NCBI GenBank assembly: GCA_033854175.1
Contig: JAWOKN010000018.1
Location: 22,039-86,038, forward strand
From: Bacteroidota bacterium
GTDB taxonomy: Bacteria > Bacteroidota > Ignavibacteria > UBA10030 > SZUA-254
Direction of reading: 5' to 3'
Length of the DNA stretch: 64,000 bases
The notes beneath the pieces were generated by a model, which was not told the DNA's origin, ran no database searches, and saw only the letters and a program-made list of their open reading frames with translations. The position numbers and the translations under genes are program-made. Shown piece by piece: positions 10,308 through 18,418 of this stretch. Every line of letters begins with the position of its first letter. The first letter of the stretch is position 1.

Positions 10308-11255
10308 TCAGTTTTTCTCGAAAAGAGCATTGACAAAAACTCGGCGCTCAAACGGCTGAAGGTCATCGATCTGCTCGCCGACGCCGACATACTTCACCGG
10401 AAGCTTCAATTCATTGCTGATGGCAATAACCACACCCCCCTTCGCCGTCCCGTCGAGTTTGGTCAGGATCAGGCCTGTGATCCCGACAGCAGCGCTGAAC
10501 TGTTTCGCCTGCTGAATCGCGTTCTGACCGGTCGAGGCGTCGAGGACGAGAAGGACTTCGTGCGGTGCATCGGGGATGATTTTCTGAATCACCCGCTTGA
10601 TTTTCTTGAGTTCCTCCATGAGGTTGATTTTGGTGTGCAATCGCCCGGCCGTGTCGATCAGAACCACATCTGTCTGCGTGGCAACTGCGGACCGCACGGC
10701 ATCAAAGGTCACTGCCGCCGGATCAGCCCCGTGCGACTGCCGGATAATCTCCACCCCCGCCCGCTGCGCCCAGATTTCCAGCTGCTCATTTGCGGCTGCC
10801 CGGAAGGTGTCTGCCGCGGCAATGACCACCTTGCGTCCCGCAATACGGTAGTTGTAGGCCAGTTTTCCGATGGTCGTCGTCTTTCCGACCCCGTTGACAC
10901 CTACAATCATCACGATGTACGGCCTGATCCCCTCCGGTAGCGCAAAAGGATCTGTTCCATCGGCCGTACCGTCAATCACCAATTTTTCTATCTCCTGTCG
11001 CAGAATTGTATCAAGTTCAGACGCTTCTTCATACCCCTCGCGCTTGACGCGGGTCCGGATATTGGTGATGATCGATTGCGTCGTCTCCGCACCGATATCG
11101 CTGAGTATCAGCGCTTCCTCGACATCATCAAGAAGCTGGTCGTCAATCCTGGTCTTTCCGTATAGCACCTTGTGGACCCGCTCGACGAGCGCCTCGCGCG
11201 TCTTGGCGAGCCCGTCCTTTAACCGTCCGATTTTGAGTTTATCAAAAAATCCCAT
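10308..11255 (-). CDS. ftsY: signal recognition particle receptor FtsY
   Basis: SRP-GTPase NG domain (GVNGVGKTTTIGKLA, DTAGRL, TKLDGTAKGG). The track ORF (to 11585) carries a Cys/His-rich, non-FtsY-like N-terminal extension that overlaps the upstream gene. The start was moved to the internal ATG (MGFFDKLKIG...), typical of short FtsY and lying just after the pgsA stop (~11276). Confidence 0.9.
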   Translation of the reverse strand: MGFFDKLKIGRLKDGLAKTREALVERVHKVLYGKTRIDDQLLDDVEEALILSDIGAETTQSIITNIRTRVKREGYEEASELDTILRQEIEKLVIDGTADGTDPFALPEGIRPYIVMIVGVNGVGKTTTIGKLAYNYRIAGRKVVIAAADTFRAAANEQLEIWAQRAGVEIIRQSHGADPAAVTFDAVRSAVATQTDVVLIDTAGRLHTKINLMEELKKIKRVIQKIIPDAPHEVLLVLDASTGQNAIQQAKQFSAAVGITGLILTKLDGTAKGGVVIAISNELKLPVKYVGVGEQIDDLQPFERRVFVNALFEKN

Positions 11256-11275
11256 GTCGATGACCGTAAAAATGC

Positions 11276-11872
11276 TTAGCGCGTCCCCACTCTGGGGGTG
11301 GCAGAGGAGGCTGGATATGCCGCTCCGCTTATGATTGAAAAAAACCTGCGTGCATAGACGACAAAGGAGAGGATCAGCATGAGGGTGCTCAGGAAGAGAA
11401 AAATCCCATCGACGTACAAAACCTGATCCCGGAGCATGGCGGCGAACAGTATGTAGACTGCCACACTCGTCACCGCCCACTTTCCGAGTGTGGTGGATTG
11501 AAGGGTGAACCTGAGACGTTGACGGATGTAAACACCCCCTGCCAGAATCACCATGTCCCGCCCCACCACGAGGAAAATGTACCATGGGGGTATACGGCCC
11601 GTAAGTGCGAGAGCCGCGCCGACGATTCCAACCGATATTTTATCAGCCAGTGGATCGATGATTTTCCCGAGTTCTGTCACCTGGCCGAACTTCCGCGCGA
11701 GCCAGCCGTCGAGTAAATCCGTGAGCGCTGCGAAGACGATGCAGAGAACAAGAACCACCCGGCCGGCGTCGGATGACGATCCCAGAAGAAGAACAACAGG
11801 TGCGACCAGAAGCACCCGGAGCAGGCTAAGACCGTTGGATATCGTCCAGATGCGGCTTGAACTCGGATTCAT
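11276..11872 (-). CDS. pgsA: CDP-alcohol phosphatidyltransferase (PgsA-like phosphatidylglycerophosphate synthase)
   Basis: 198 aa membrane protein with the CDP-OH phosphotransferase motif (DLLDGWLARKFGQVTELGKIIDPLADK). 4-nt overlap with purF. Confidence 0.8.
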   Translation of the reverse strand: MNPSSSRIWTISNGLSLLRVLLVAPVVLLLGSSSDAGRVVLVLCIVFAALTDLLDGWLARKFGQVTELGKIIDPLADKISVGIVGAALALTGRIPPWYIFLVVGRDMVILAGGVYIRQRLRFTLQSTTLGKWAVTSVAVYILFAAMLRDQVLYVDGIFLFLSTLMLILSFVVYARRFFSIISGAAYPASSATPRVGTR

Positions 11873-13383
11873 GGTTCATAGCTCTTTTTCACGAAGTCCG
11901 GGTCGATCTCCAGCGGGTATTCCCCGCTGAAACATGCCGCACAGTAATTCACCCCCGGCTTCTGCGGTACGGTGGCAAAGAGGCCTTCAAGGGAAAGATA
12001 ACCGATACTGTCAACATCCAGTTCCTGGCGGATTTTCTCGATGTCACCCCCGCAACGGTTCGCAATGAGTTCGTCCTTGCTCGGGAAATCCATACCATAG
12101 AAGCACGGAAATTTTATCGGGGGCGATGTGACGCGAAAATGTATCTCCCGCGCACCGGCCTCGCGGACCAGCTTGACCAGCTGCCGTGAAGTGGTTCCCC
12201 GCACAATCGAATCATCGACAATGACCACCTTCTTGTTTTTCAAAATGCTCTTGACGGCGTTGAACTTCGTCTTGACATTCTCAATCCGCCGCTCCTGCTC
12301 GGGTTGTATGAATGTCCTCCCCACATAATGGCTCCGGATCAATCCGAGCTCGAACTTGGTCGGGTTTCCATTCTCGTTGTTCCTGGTCGCATATCCCAGT
12401 GTCGCGGTGTTGCTCGAGTCAGGCACGTTGATCACAATCACCTCGTCATAAGGATTGTCCGCCTTTATCGGATGCTCCTCAGCCAGCGTCTTCCCGAGAT
12501 CACGCCGCACCCGGTCGACACTCTCGCCGAATATCCTGCTGTCGGGACGGGAAAAGTAAATATATTCAAAGATGCACCGATGGGGAGTGGTCTTCGTTTT
12601 CGAAATCCGGTACGATTTTGCCTCGCCCGCCGCGAGCGTTTCCTGATCAAACACCAGAACCTCGCCCGGTTCCACTTCGGAAACGTACTGTGCGTTGATG
12701 ATATCGAATGCGCAGGTTTCCGATGCTACGACAAACGCGTTGCCGACCTTGCCCACCGCAAGCGGGCGCCAGCCGAAGGGATCCCGGGCCGCAATCAATG
12801 CCTTGTCGGTCAATATCACAAGTGAATATGCACCCTGGACCTGCTGTAATGCGTCGACGATCTGACGGATCTGGTCCTTTTCCCTGCTCCGGGCAATGAG
12901 ATGGAGAATAATCTCGGTGTCGGATGTCGTCAGAAATATCGTCCCCTCATCCTGCAGTTGCTTCCGGATGGTGCGGAAATTTGTCAGGTTGCCGTTGTGG
13001 GAGATCGCCACGTTCCCGTCCCGGTAATTGACCGAAAGGGGCTGGATGTTGGTGATATTGTCCGCCGCACCCGCAGTCGAATACCGGTTGTGTCCTATGG
13101 CTGCAGATCCGGGAAGCCCCTTGGTCAGTATCGACTCGTCCCGAAAAATATCATTCACCAGTCCGAAGTCCTTGTGGACGTGGAACCGGTACTTCCCCGT
13201 CGACGGATGATACTCGGATGTGACGATTCCCGACCCCTCCTGCCCCCGGTGCTGAAGGGCGTGGAGGCCGTAATAGGTCAGCTGGGCGGCCGACGGGTGC
13301 CCAAAGATGCCGAACACGCCGCAATGATCATGCGGCTTGTCGGGCTCCGTAAGAAGTATCACGCGCTGCTCTGTCTGGTTCAT
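11869..13383 (-). CDS. purF: amidophosphoribosyltransferase
   Basis: 504 aa. N-terminal catalytic Cys in CGVFGIFG, glutamine amidotransferase class II domain plus PRTase domain, and C-terminal 4Fe-4S Cys ligands (CAACFSGEYP). Confidence 0.95.
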   Translation of the reverse strand: MNQTEQRVILLTEPDKPHDHCGVFGIFGHPSAAQLTYYGLHALQHRGQEGSGIVTSEYHPSTGKYRFHVHKDFGLVNDIFRDESILTKGLPGSAAIGHNRYSTAGAADNITNIQPLSVNYRDGNVAISHNGNLTNFRTIRKQLQDEGTIFLTTSDTEIILHLIARSREKDQIRQIVDALQQVQGAYSLVILTDKALIAARDPFGWRPLAVGKVGNAFVVASETCAFDIINAQYVSEVEPGEVLVFDQETLAAGEAKSYRISKTKTTPHRCIFEYIYFSRPDSRIFGESVDRVRRDLGKTLAEEHPIKADNPYDEVIVINVPDSSNTATLGYATRNNENGNPTKFELGLIRSHYVGRTFIQPEQERRIENVKTKFNAVKSILKNKKVVIVDDSIVRGTTSRQLVKLVREAGAREIHFRVTSPPIKFPCFYGMDFPSKDELIANRCGGDIEKIRQELDVDSIGYLSLEGLFATVPQKPGVNYCAACFSGEYPLEIDPDFVKKSYEP

Positions 13384-13414
13384 ACTAAAAAGGTACAGAA
13401 ATATTTTTGATTAC

Positions 13415-15019
13415 TCAAGCATCGGATAGCGATATGACCGTATCACGAAGGCAACGCCGATCATCGGTGCCGGGATAATCAGTATTGTAATGCAGGCCTC
13501 TGCTCTCTTTCCTGTCGATCGCCGACCGGATGATCAGATTGGCGACCGTGGCGAGATTGCGGAGCTCGATCAAGGGTTCAATGACTCGGGTGCGCTTGTA
13601 GAACTGTTCAATTTCCTCCCCTATCATTTTCAGACGGATCCTCGCCCGTTCGAGCCGGACGTTCGATCTGACAATCCCCACATAGTCCCACATGCTCTCC
13701 TGGATTTCCCGCCGGTCATGCTCGATGAGCACCCATTCCTCCGCATCGAACGTTCCGGAATCATCCCAGGGCGGGATCGGGGGTATCGGCTGGTGTTCCC
13801 GGGGTGAATCCCGGATGTCAAGGAACGCCCGGTGGGAAAATACGAGCGCTTCGAGAAGCGAGTTGCTCGCCAGACGGTTTGCACCGTGTACACCGGTCAT
13901 CGCAACCTCACCGCACGCGTAGAGATGGTCAATCGAGGTCCGGCCGGCAAGATCGGTGACGACACCACCGCAGGAATAATGCGCTGCCGGGACAACGGGA
14001 ATCGGTTCCTTGGTGATATCGAGTTTGTAACGCGACAGACAGGTGCTGTAGATCAGGGGAAAATGTGAGGATACCGCCTCCGGTGATAAATGCCGGAGAT
14101 CGAGAAGGACATATTCCTCCCCCCGCCGTTTCAATTCGGTGTCAATTGCACGGGCGACGATGTCCCGCGGAGCCAGTGAACCACGTCCGTCATACCGGTG
14201 CATGAACTCCTCGCCATTCTGTGTTTTCAGGATCCCGCCAAATCCCCTGATCGCTTCGGATATCAGGAACACGGGGGAACCTGAATTGTACAGCGCCGTG
14301 GGATGGAACTGGATGAACTCCATGTTCCCAATCCTCGCACCCGCACGGTACGCCATCGCAACCCCGTCACCGGTCGCAATTTTGGGATTCGTCGTGTGAA
14401 GATAGACCTGACCCAGACCTCCCGAACAGAGTATTGTCCACGAGGCCACAAACGTTTTCACAATCCCGCTCTGGACATCAAGCGCATATGCACCCCAGCA
14501 GTGAATGGCCCCTCCGCGCAATCGCTGTTCCCCCAAATGATGCCCGGTAATGAGCTCAACGGCCAAATGGTTTTCAAACACCGTTATTCTCGGATGGTTC
14601 GCCACCGCATGCAGAAGTGCCTGCTCGACCTCGGCCCCGCTGTGATCATGCGCGTGAACGATCCTGTTCCGTGAGTGCCCCCCCTCCCTCCCTAAATCCA
14701 ATCGTCCGCCACTGGTCGTGAATTCCACGCCAGTCGCAATCAGCTCCTTCAGCCTTTCCGGCCCCTCCGTCACCAGAAGGCGGACTGCATCGGGGTGGCA
14801 TAATCCGACACCGGTTTTCAGTGTATCCTGGATGTGCAGATCAAATGAATCCTCGGGGGACATCACTGCTGCAATCCCCCCCTGGGCATAGTTCGTGTTC
14901 GATTCAGCCCTCTCCTTCTTCGTAATCAGCGTCACGCTTCCGAGTTCCGCCGCCTTGAGCGCAAAGGACAGTCCGGCAATTCCGCTGCCGATGATGAGAA
15001 AATCGGATTGATGGTTCAC
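13415..15019 (-). CDS. nadB: L-aspartate oxidase
   Basis: 534 aa. FAD-binding N-terminus (DFLIIGSGIAGLSFALKAA) and succinate-dehydrogenase/fumarate-reductase-family flavoprotein motifs with a NadB-type C-terminus. Confidence 0.9.
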   Translation of the reverse strand: MNHQSDFLIIGSGIAGLSFALKAAELGSVTLITKKERAESNTNYAQGGIAAVMSPEDSFDLHIQDTLKTGVGLCHPDAVRLLVTEGPERLKELIATGVEFTTSGGRLDLGREGGHSRNRIVHAHDHSGAEVEQALLHAVANHPRITVFENHLAVELITGHHLGEQRLRGGAIHCWGAYALDVQSGIVKTFVASWTILCSGGLGQVYLHTTNPKIATGDGVAMAYRAGARIGNMEFIQFHPTALYNSGSPVFLISEAIRGFGGILKTQNGEEFMHRYDGRGSLAPRDIVARAIDTELKRRGEEYVLLDLRHLSPEAVSSHFPLIYSTCLSRYKLDITKEPIPVVPAAHYSCGGVVTDLAGRTSIDHLYACGEVAMTGVHGANRLASNSLLEALVFSHRAFLDIRDSPREHQPIPPIPPWDDSGTFDAEEWVLIEHDRREIQESMWDYVGIVRSNVRLERARIRLKMIGEEIEQFYKRTRVIEPLIELRNLATVANLIIRSAIDRKESRGLHYNTDYPGTDDRRCLRDTVISLSDA

Positions 15020-15636
15020 CCTGTTCCCCCCTTCCGCGGGCCCTCAAGACCGCTCAGGATGCCGTAGATGAAACGGCATTTGGGTGAAAGAAGGGATTGA
15101 TCCCCGGAGTTCATAATCACAAAATCGGCCCGCAGCACCTTCTCCTTGGCAGGCATTTGCATCCTCATCCTCTTCACCACGTCTTCCCTCGGACAACCAT
15201 CCCTCTCCATGACACGACGGATGCGCACTTCCTCATCCGCATCAACGACGATCATGTAATCAGTCAGAACCTCAACCCCCGTCTCATAGAATAATGCGGC
15301 TTCAACGATGAGGATGCCACGCCGGCGCCTGTACCTTTCAATCTTCGATCTGACAAGCCTAATGACGGCAGGATGAACAATGGCGTTGAGTTTCCGGAGC
15401 GCCCGGGGGTCGTCGAAAACGAGCCGTGCGAGGCGTTTCCGGTCGAGTGTGTCCGGATCGGAAAAAAAACCGGACCCGAACTGACCCGTGAACTCGCGCC
15501 GGACGTCAGGGTCGGTGACAAGGATGTCTTTACTAAGGGCGTCGGCGTAGATAAGCCGGGCGCCAAGATCCTCAAAACATCTTGCGACAACCGACTTTCC
15601 GCTGCCAATTCCCCCCGTCAGGCCGACTACGAGCAT
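15016..15636 (-). CDS. coaE: dephospho-CoA kinase
   Basis: 206 aa. P-loop VVGLTGGIGSGKS at the N-terminus; typical CoaE length. 4-nt overlap with nadB. Confidence 0.9.
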   Translation of the reverse strand: MLVVGLTGGIGSGKSVVARCFEDLGARLIYADALSKDILVTDPDVRREFTGQFGSGFFSDPDTLDRKRLARLVFDDPRALRKLNAIVHPAVIRLVRSKIERYRRRRGILIVEAALFYETGVEVLTDYMIVVDADEEVRIRRVMERDGCPREDVVKRMRMQMPAKEKVLRADFVIMNSGDQSLLSPKCRFIYGILSGLEGPRKGGTG

Positions 15637-15721
15637 ATGGTGTGATCGTGTTTATCGGGGCTGTCGCCCCGGTTGAATGAGAACATCCGAAACCATGCGT
15701 ATCAGCTATCAACCGCCGGTG

Positions 15722-17290
15722 TTACTTTGCGTATGCGATGTGCCGGGTCTCGCGGATCACCGTAACCTTGATCTGACCGGGAAACCCCATTTCCGCCTCA
15801 ATTTTTTTGGCGATATCATGCGCAAGCTGGTCAGAATGGATATCATCGATTTTGTCATGTTCGACAATGACCCGGATCTCCCGGCCTGCCTGGATGGCAT
15901 ACGTCGTGGAGACGCCGTCAAACGACTTTGCCAGGGTCTCAAGCTGCGCCAGCCGTTTTGCATACGCTTCCACCGATTCACGGCGGGCACCCGGCCGGGC
16001 GCCACTGATCGCGTCAGCCGCCTGAACCAGTGCCGCGATCGGATGATCCATCGGAATGTCCTCATGATGGGAACCGACCGCGTTGACCACGATCGGATGC
16101 TCACCCAATTTTTTCGTCAGATCGAACCCGATCAGCGCATGCGGCCCTTCGATGCTCCGGTCGACCGTTTTACCGATGTCATGCAGGAGTCCGGCCCTTT
16201 TTGCCAGATTCGCATCCAACCCGAGCTCGGCCGCCATCAGACCGCACAGGTGAGCGACTTCGAGACTGTGCGAAAGAAGATTCTGACCGTAACTCGAACG
16301 GTACTTCATCCGTCCGATATGGTAGAGAAGTTCCTGGTGCGCCCCGTGCAAACCCGCCTCGAGCAATGCGTTCTCCCCCGTATGGAGGAGTTCCTCATCG
16401 AGCTCCTTCCGCACCTTTTCAACAACCTCTTCGATACGCGCGGGATGGATCCGTCCATCGGCAATAAGCCTCTCCAGCGCGATCCGGGCAATCTCCCTGC
16501 GGAGCGGATCAAATCCGGAGAGGATGACCGCCTCGGGAGTATCGTCAACGATGACATCTATCCCCGTTGCAGCCTCAAAGGCACGGATATTCCTCCCCTC
16601 CTTGCCTATGATCCGCCCTTTCATTTCATCGTTTTGAATCTGAAGGACACTGACCGTCGACTCCACACAATGATCCGCAGCGGTACGCTGGATGGCCTGA
16701 ATAATGATCTTCTGCGCCTCCTTCTTCCCGTCCATCCGCGCGGCGTCCCTGATGTCCTTCAGCATCTGCGCGGCCTCGCTTTTCGTCTCGTTCACCATAT
16801 TTTCCAGAAGAAGCTTCCGCGCCTCTTCACGGGTAAATCCGGACACCCTCTCGAGCTTCTGATTTTCCTCCTGGATCAGCTTCCCCAGAATTGCCTGCTT
16901 GTCCTCAAGCTGCTTTGACCGATCATCGAGAAGCCGCTTTTGCTCGTTGAACTCGCGCTCCTTTTTATTGACCAGCTCAACCTTCCGCTCAAGGTTGTCC
17001 TCCCTTCCCTGGAGTTGTTTTTCAAATGACTGAAGTTTGTTGCGCTTTGCGTTGGCCTCGTGGTCAAATTCCTGTTTTTTCTTGTACCACTCGTCCTTGA
17101 CTTCAAGCAGCTTTTCTTTTTTGATGTTCTGCGATTCCTTCTCCGCATCGGCAAGGATTTTTTTCGCCCGGTCTTCCGCACTTGAAATTTTTGCCTGACC
17201 CAGATGATTGTTCACGTACCAGCCTACGGCGAACGATACCCCCGCCAGTACCACCGCCATAGGTATGAGAATATAGAATGCGAATGTCAT
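15722..17290 (-). CDS. rny: ribonuclease Y
   Basis: 522 aa. N-terminal transmembrane helix, long coiled-coil (E/K/Q-rich), KH domain (GKEGRNIRAFEAATGIDV) and HD domain (HSLEVAHL...LLHDIGK). Confidence 0.95.
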   Translation of the reverse strand: MTFAFYILIPMAVVLAGVSFAVGWYVNNHLGQAKISSAEDRAKKILADAEKESQNIKKEKLLEVKDEWYKKKQEFDHEANAKRNKLQSFEKQLQGREDNLERKVELVNKKEREFNEQKRLLDDRSKQLEDKQAILGKLIQEENQKLERVSGFTREEARKLLLENMVNETKSEAAQMLKDIRDAARMDGKKEAQKIIIQAIQRTAADHCVESTVSVLQIQNDEMKGRIIGKEGRNIRAFEAATGIDVIVDDTPEAVILSGFDPLRREIARIALERLIADGRIHPARIEEVVEKVRKELDEELLHTGENALLEAGLHGAHQELLYHIGRMKYRSSYGQNLLSHSLEVAHLCGLMAAELGLDANLAKRAGLLHDIGKTVDRSIEGPHALIGFDLTKKLGEHPIVVNAVGSHHEDIPMDHPIAALVQAADAISGARPGARRESVEAYAKRLAQLETLAKSFDGVSTTYAIQAGREIRVIVEHDKIDDIHSDQLAHDIAKKIEAEMGFPGQIKVTVIRETRHIAYAK

Positions 17291-17326
17291 ACACCCTCCA
17301 TCGGAATATGTCTCACCGTCACGTCT

Positions 17327-17592
17327 GAAAAATAAAAAACCGCCCGCAGCCGACTTCGTCGTGTCTATTGAAGAATCTCATGGTAGACACAGTGGGTACT
17401 CCCCTGAACGTTTCTTACCTCCACTGATCGCACAGTCTCCGGAAGGGACGTTGCAATTCCCGCTTGCGCGGGTGAGGCCCGTAATACGACGTCCATGAGT
17501 CGAGTTCCCTATTAAAGTTACTTGTCAGATTCTTTAATATGTTTGACTCAGTCACCGGAATAGCGTGTATCCCGGATGGGCTTGCGGTGCGG
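17327..17592 (-). ncRNA. candidate structured ncRNA (possibly 6S/SsrS-like) or rny leader, in the zapA-rny gap
   Basis: 356-nt gap with no ORF. On the minus strand an extended -10 element (TGaTAGAAT, ~17600-17608) lies ~7 nt before CCGCACCGCAAGCC. That stretch can pair over 12 bp (two 1-nt bulges) with GGCUGCGGGCGG ~230 nt downstream. The distal strand is followed at once by UUUUUUAUUUUU, ~35 nt before the rny ATG. Internal hairpins are present (CCCGCGCAAGCGGG with a GCAA tetraloop; GUGUCUA...UAGACAC). Position directly downstream of zapA mirrors the zapA-ssrS synteny of other bacteria. Coordinates are approximate. Confidence 0.3.
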
Positions 17593-17646
17593 TTTCTCCA
17601 TTCTATCATCGCACCACGTTGTATGGAAAAGAACAGGAAGATCGCG

Positions 17647-17943
17647 TTACACTGAAGCGGTCATGAACTGGTCGAGATATTCGCCAATCCGTGCAGCTTC
17701 TGATTCTATGTATGTCGTTATCGACCGACTTTTTTCGCGCTCCTTGAAAAGATCTTCGGTGATATTCAACGCGGATAATACAGCAACGGTAAGAGGCGGT
17801 TGCTCAGGGATTTTTTCATGTATCGAATTAATCATCTGATCCACATAGCTGGCGACACGTTTCGTGAGCTCTTCACTCTCACCGCGTAAAGGATATTCGG
17901 AACCAAATATTTTAACCTTTATACTTCGTCCGTCAGTTGCCAT
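17647..17943 (-). CDS. zapA: cell division protein ZapA
   Basis: 98 aa, ZapA fold signature (IKVKIFGSEYPLRGESEEL...VAVLSALNITEDLF). Confidence 0.85.
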   Translation of the reverse strand: MATDGRSIKVKIFGSEYPLRGESEELTKRVASYVDQMINSIHEKIPEQPPLTVAVLSALNITEDLFKEREKSRSITTYIESEAARIGEYLDQFMTASV

Positions 17944-18026
17944 ACTACATCATTGTTGTGTGTGACCGCTGGTTGTGTAACTCTTCCTTTTCAAACATAT
18001 TAATGACGATATCACTTGATTACATA

Positions 18027-18407
18027 TTACAAATATGAATTTATTTTTGCAATTAACTCGCGTATCCGCTCCTTGAGGATCTCCCTCTCCTCGTGGGAGA
18101 ACATGTGCTGCCCGTTATCGCCGATTAATTGAGTGTTCTCATTCCGGACCTTTTTCAGCTCCTGCTCCCGAACGAGAAGCTCCTCCCGCAGCGCCGTCAG
18201 ATCCTGTTCGAGCGATTGAATCTTCTGGGAGCTCGTTCGCTCAAGATCGGCAAGTTTATGATTCAACCGGCCGTTCTCACCCTGAAGCTGATGGATGAGT
18301 TCACCCGCCTTGCGAACCTTTTCCCAAACAGGTTTAAAGATTTCTTCTAACAACTGCGAATCCTTCGCAATTGCGGCTTCTGTTTCAGCTGTTTGTTGAT
18401 GATTCAC
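18027..18407 (-). CDS. coiled-coil protein (ZapB-like?), hypothetical
   Basis: 126 aa, almost entirely heptad-repeat coiled coil (LADLERTSSQKIQSLEQDLTALREELLVREQELKKVRNEN). Immediately upstream of zapA, so a ZapB-like function is only an inference. Confidence 0.45.
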   Translation of the reverse strand: MNHQQTAETEAAIAKDSQLLEEIFKPVWEKVRKAGELIHQLQGENGRLNHKLADLERTSSQKIQSLEQDLTALREELLVREQELKKVRNENTQLIGDNGQHMFSHEEREILKERIRELIAKINSYL

Positions 18408-18418
18408 AACGTTGACTC

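Noticed and set aside
10203-10940. 245-aa plus-strand ORF, and the long N-terminal extension of the ftsY track ORF (11256..11585)
   Set aside because: The plus ORF is antisense to ftsY. The ftsY extension is Cys/His/Arg-rich and non-homologous, and it overlaps pgsA; a canonical internal start (MGFFDKLK) follows the pgsA stop.
15640-15675. GC hairpin (CGGGGC-TGTC-GCCCCG) between rny and coaE, as a possible terminator
   Set aside because: It has no downstream U-tract on the minus strand. It may be an RNA-stability or processing element but cannot be called a terminator from sequence alone.
15677-16918. 413-aa ORF on the plus strand
   Set aside because: It is entirely antisense to rny (RNase Y), which has unmistakable KH and HD domains. 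The translated product is low-complexity and Arg/Pro-rich, the kind of open antisense frame common in GC-rich DNA.
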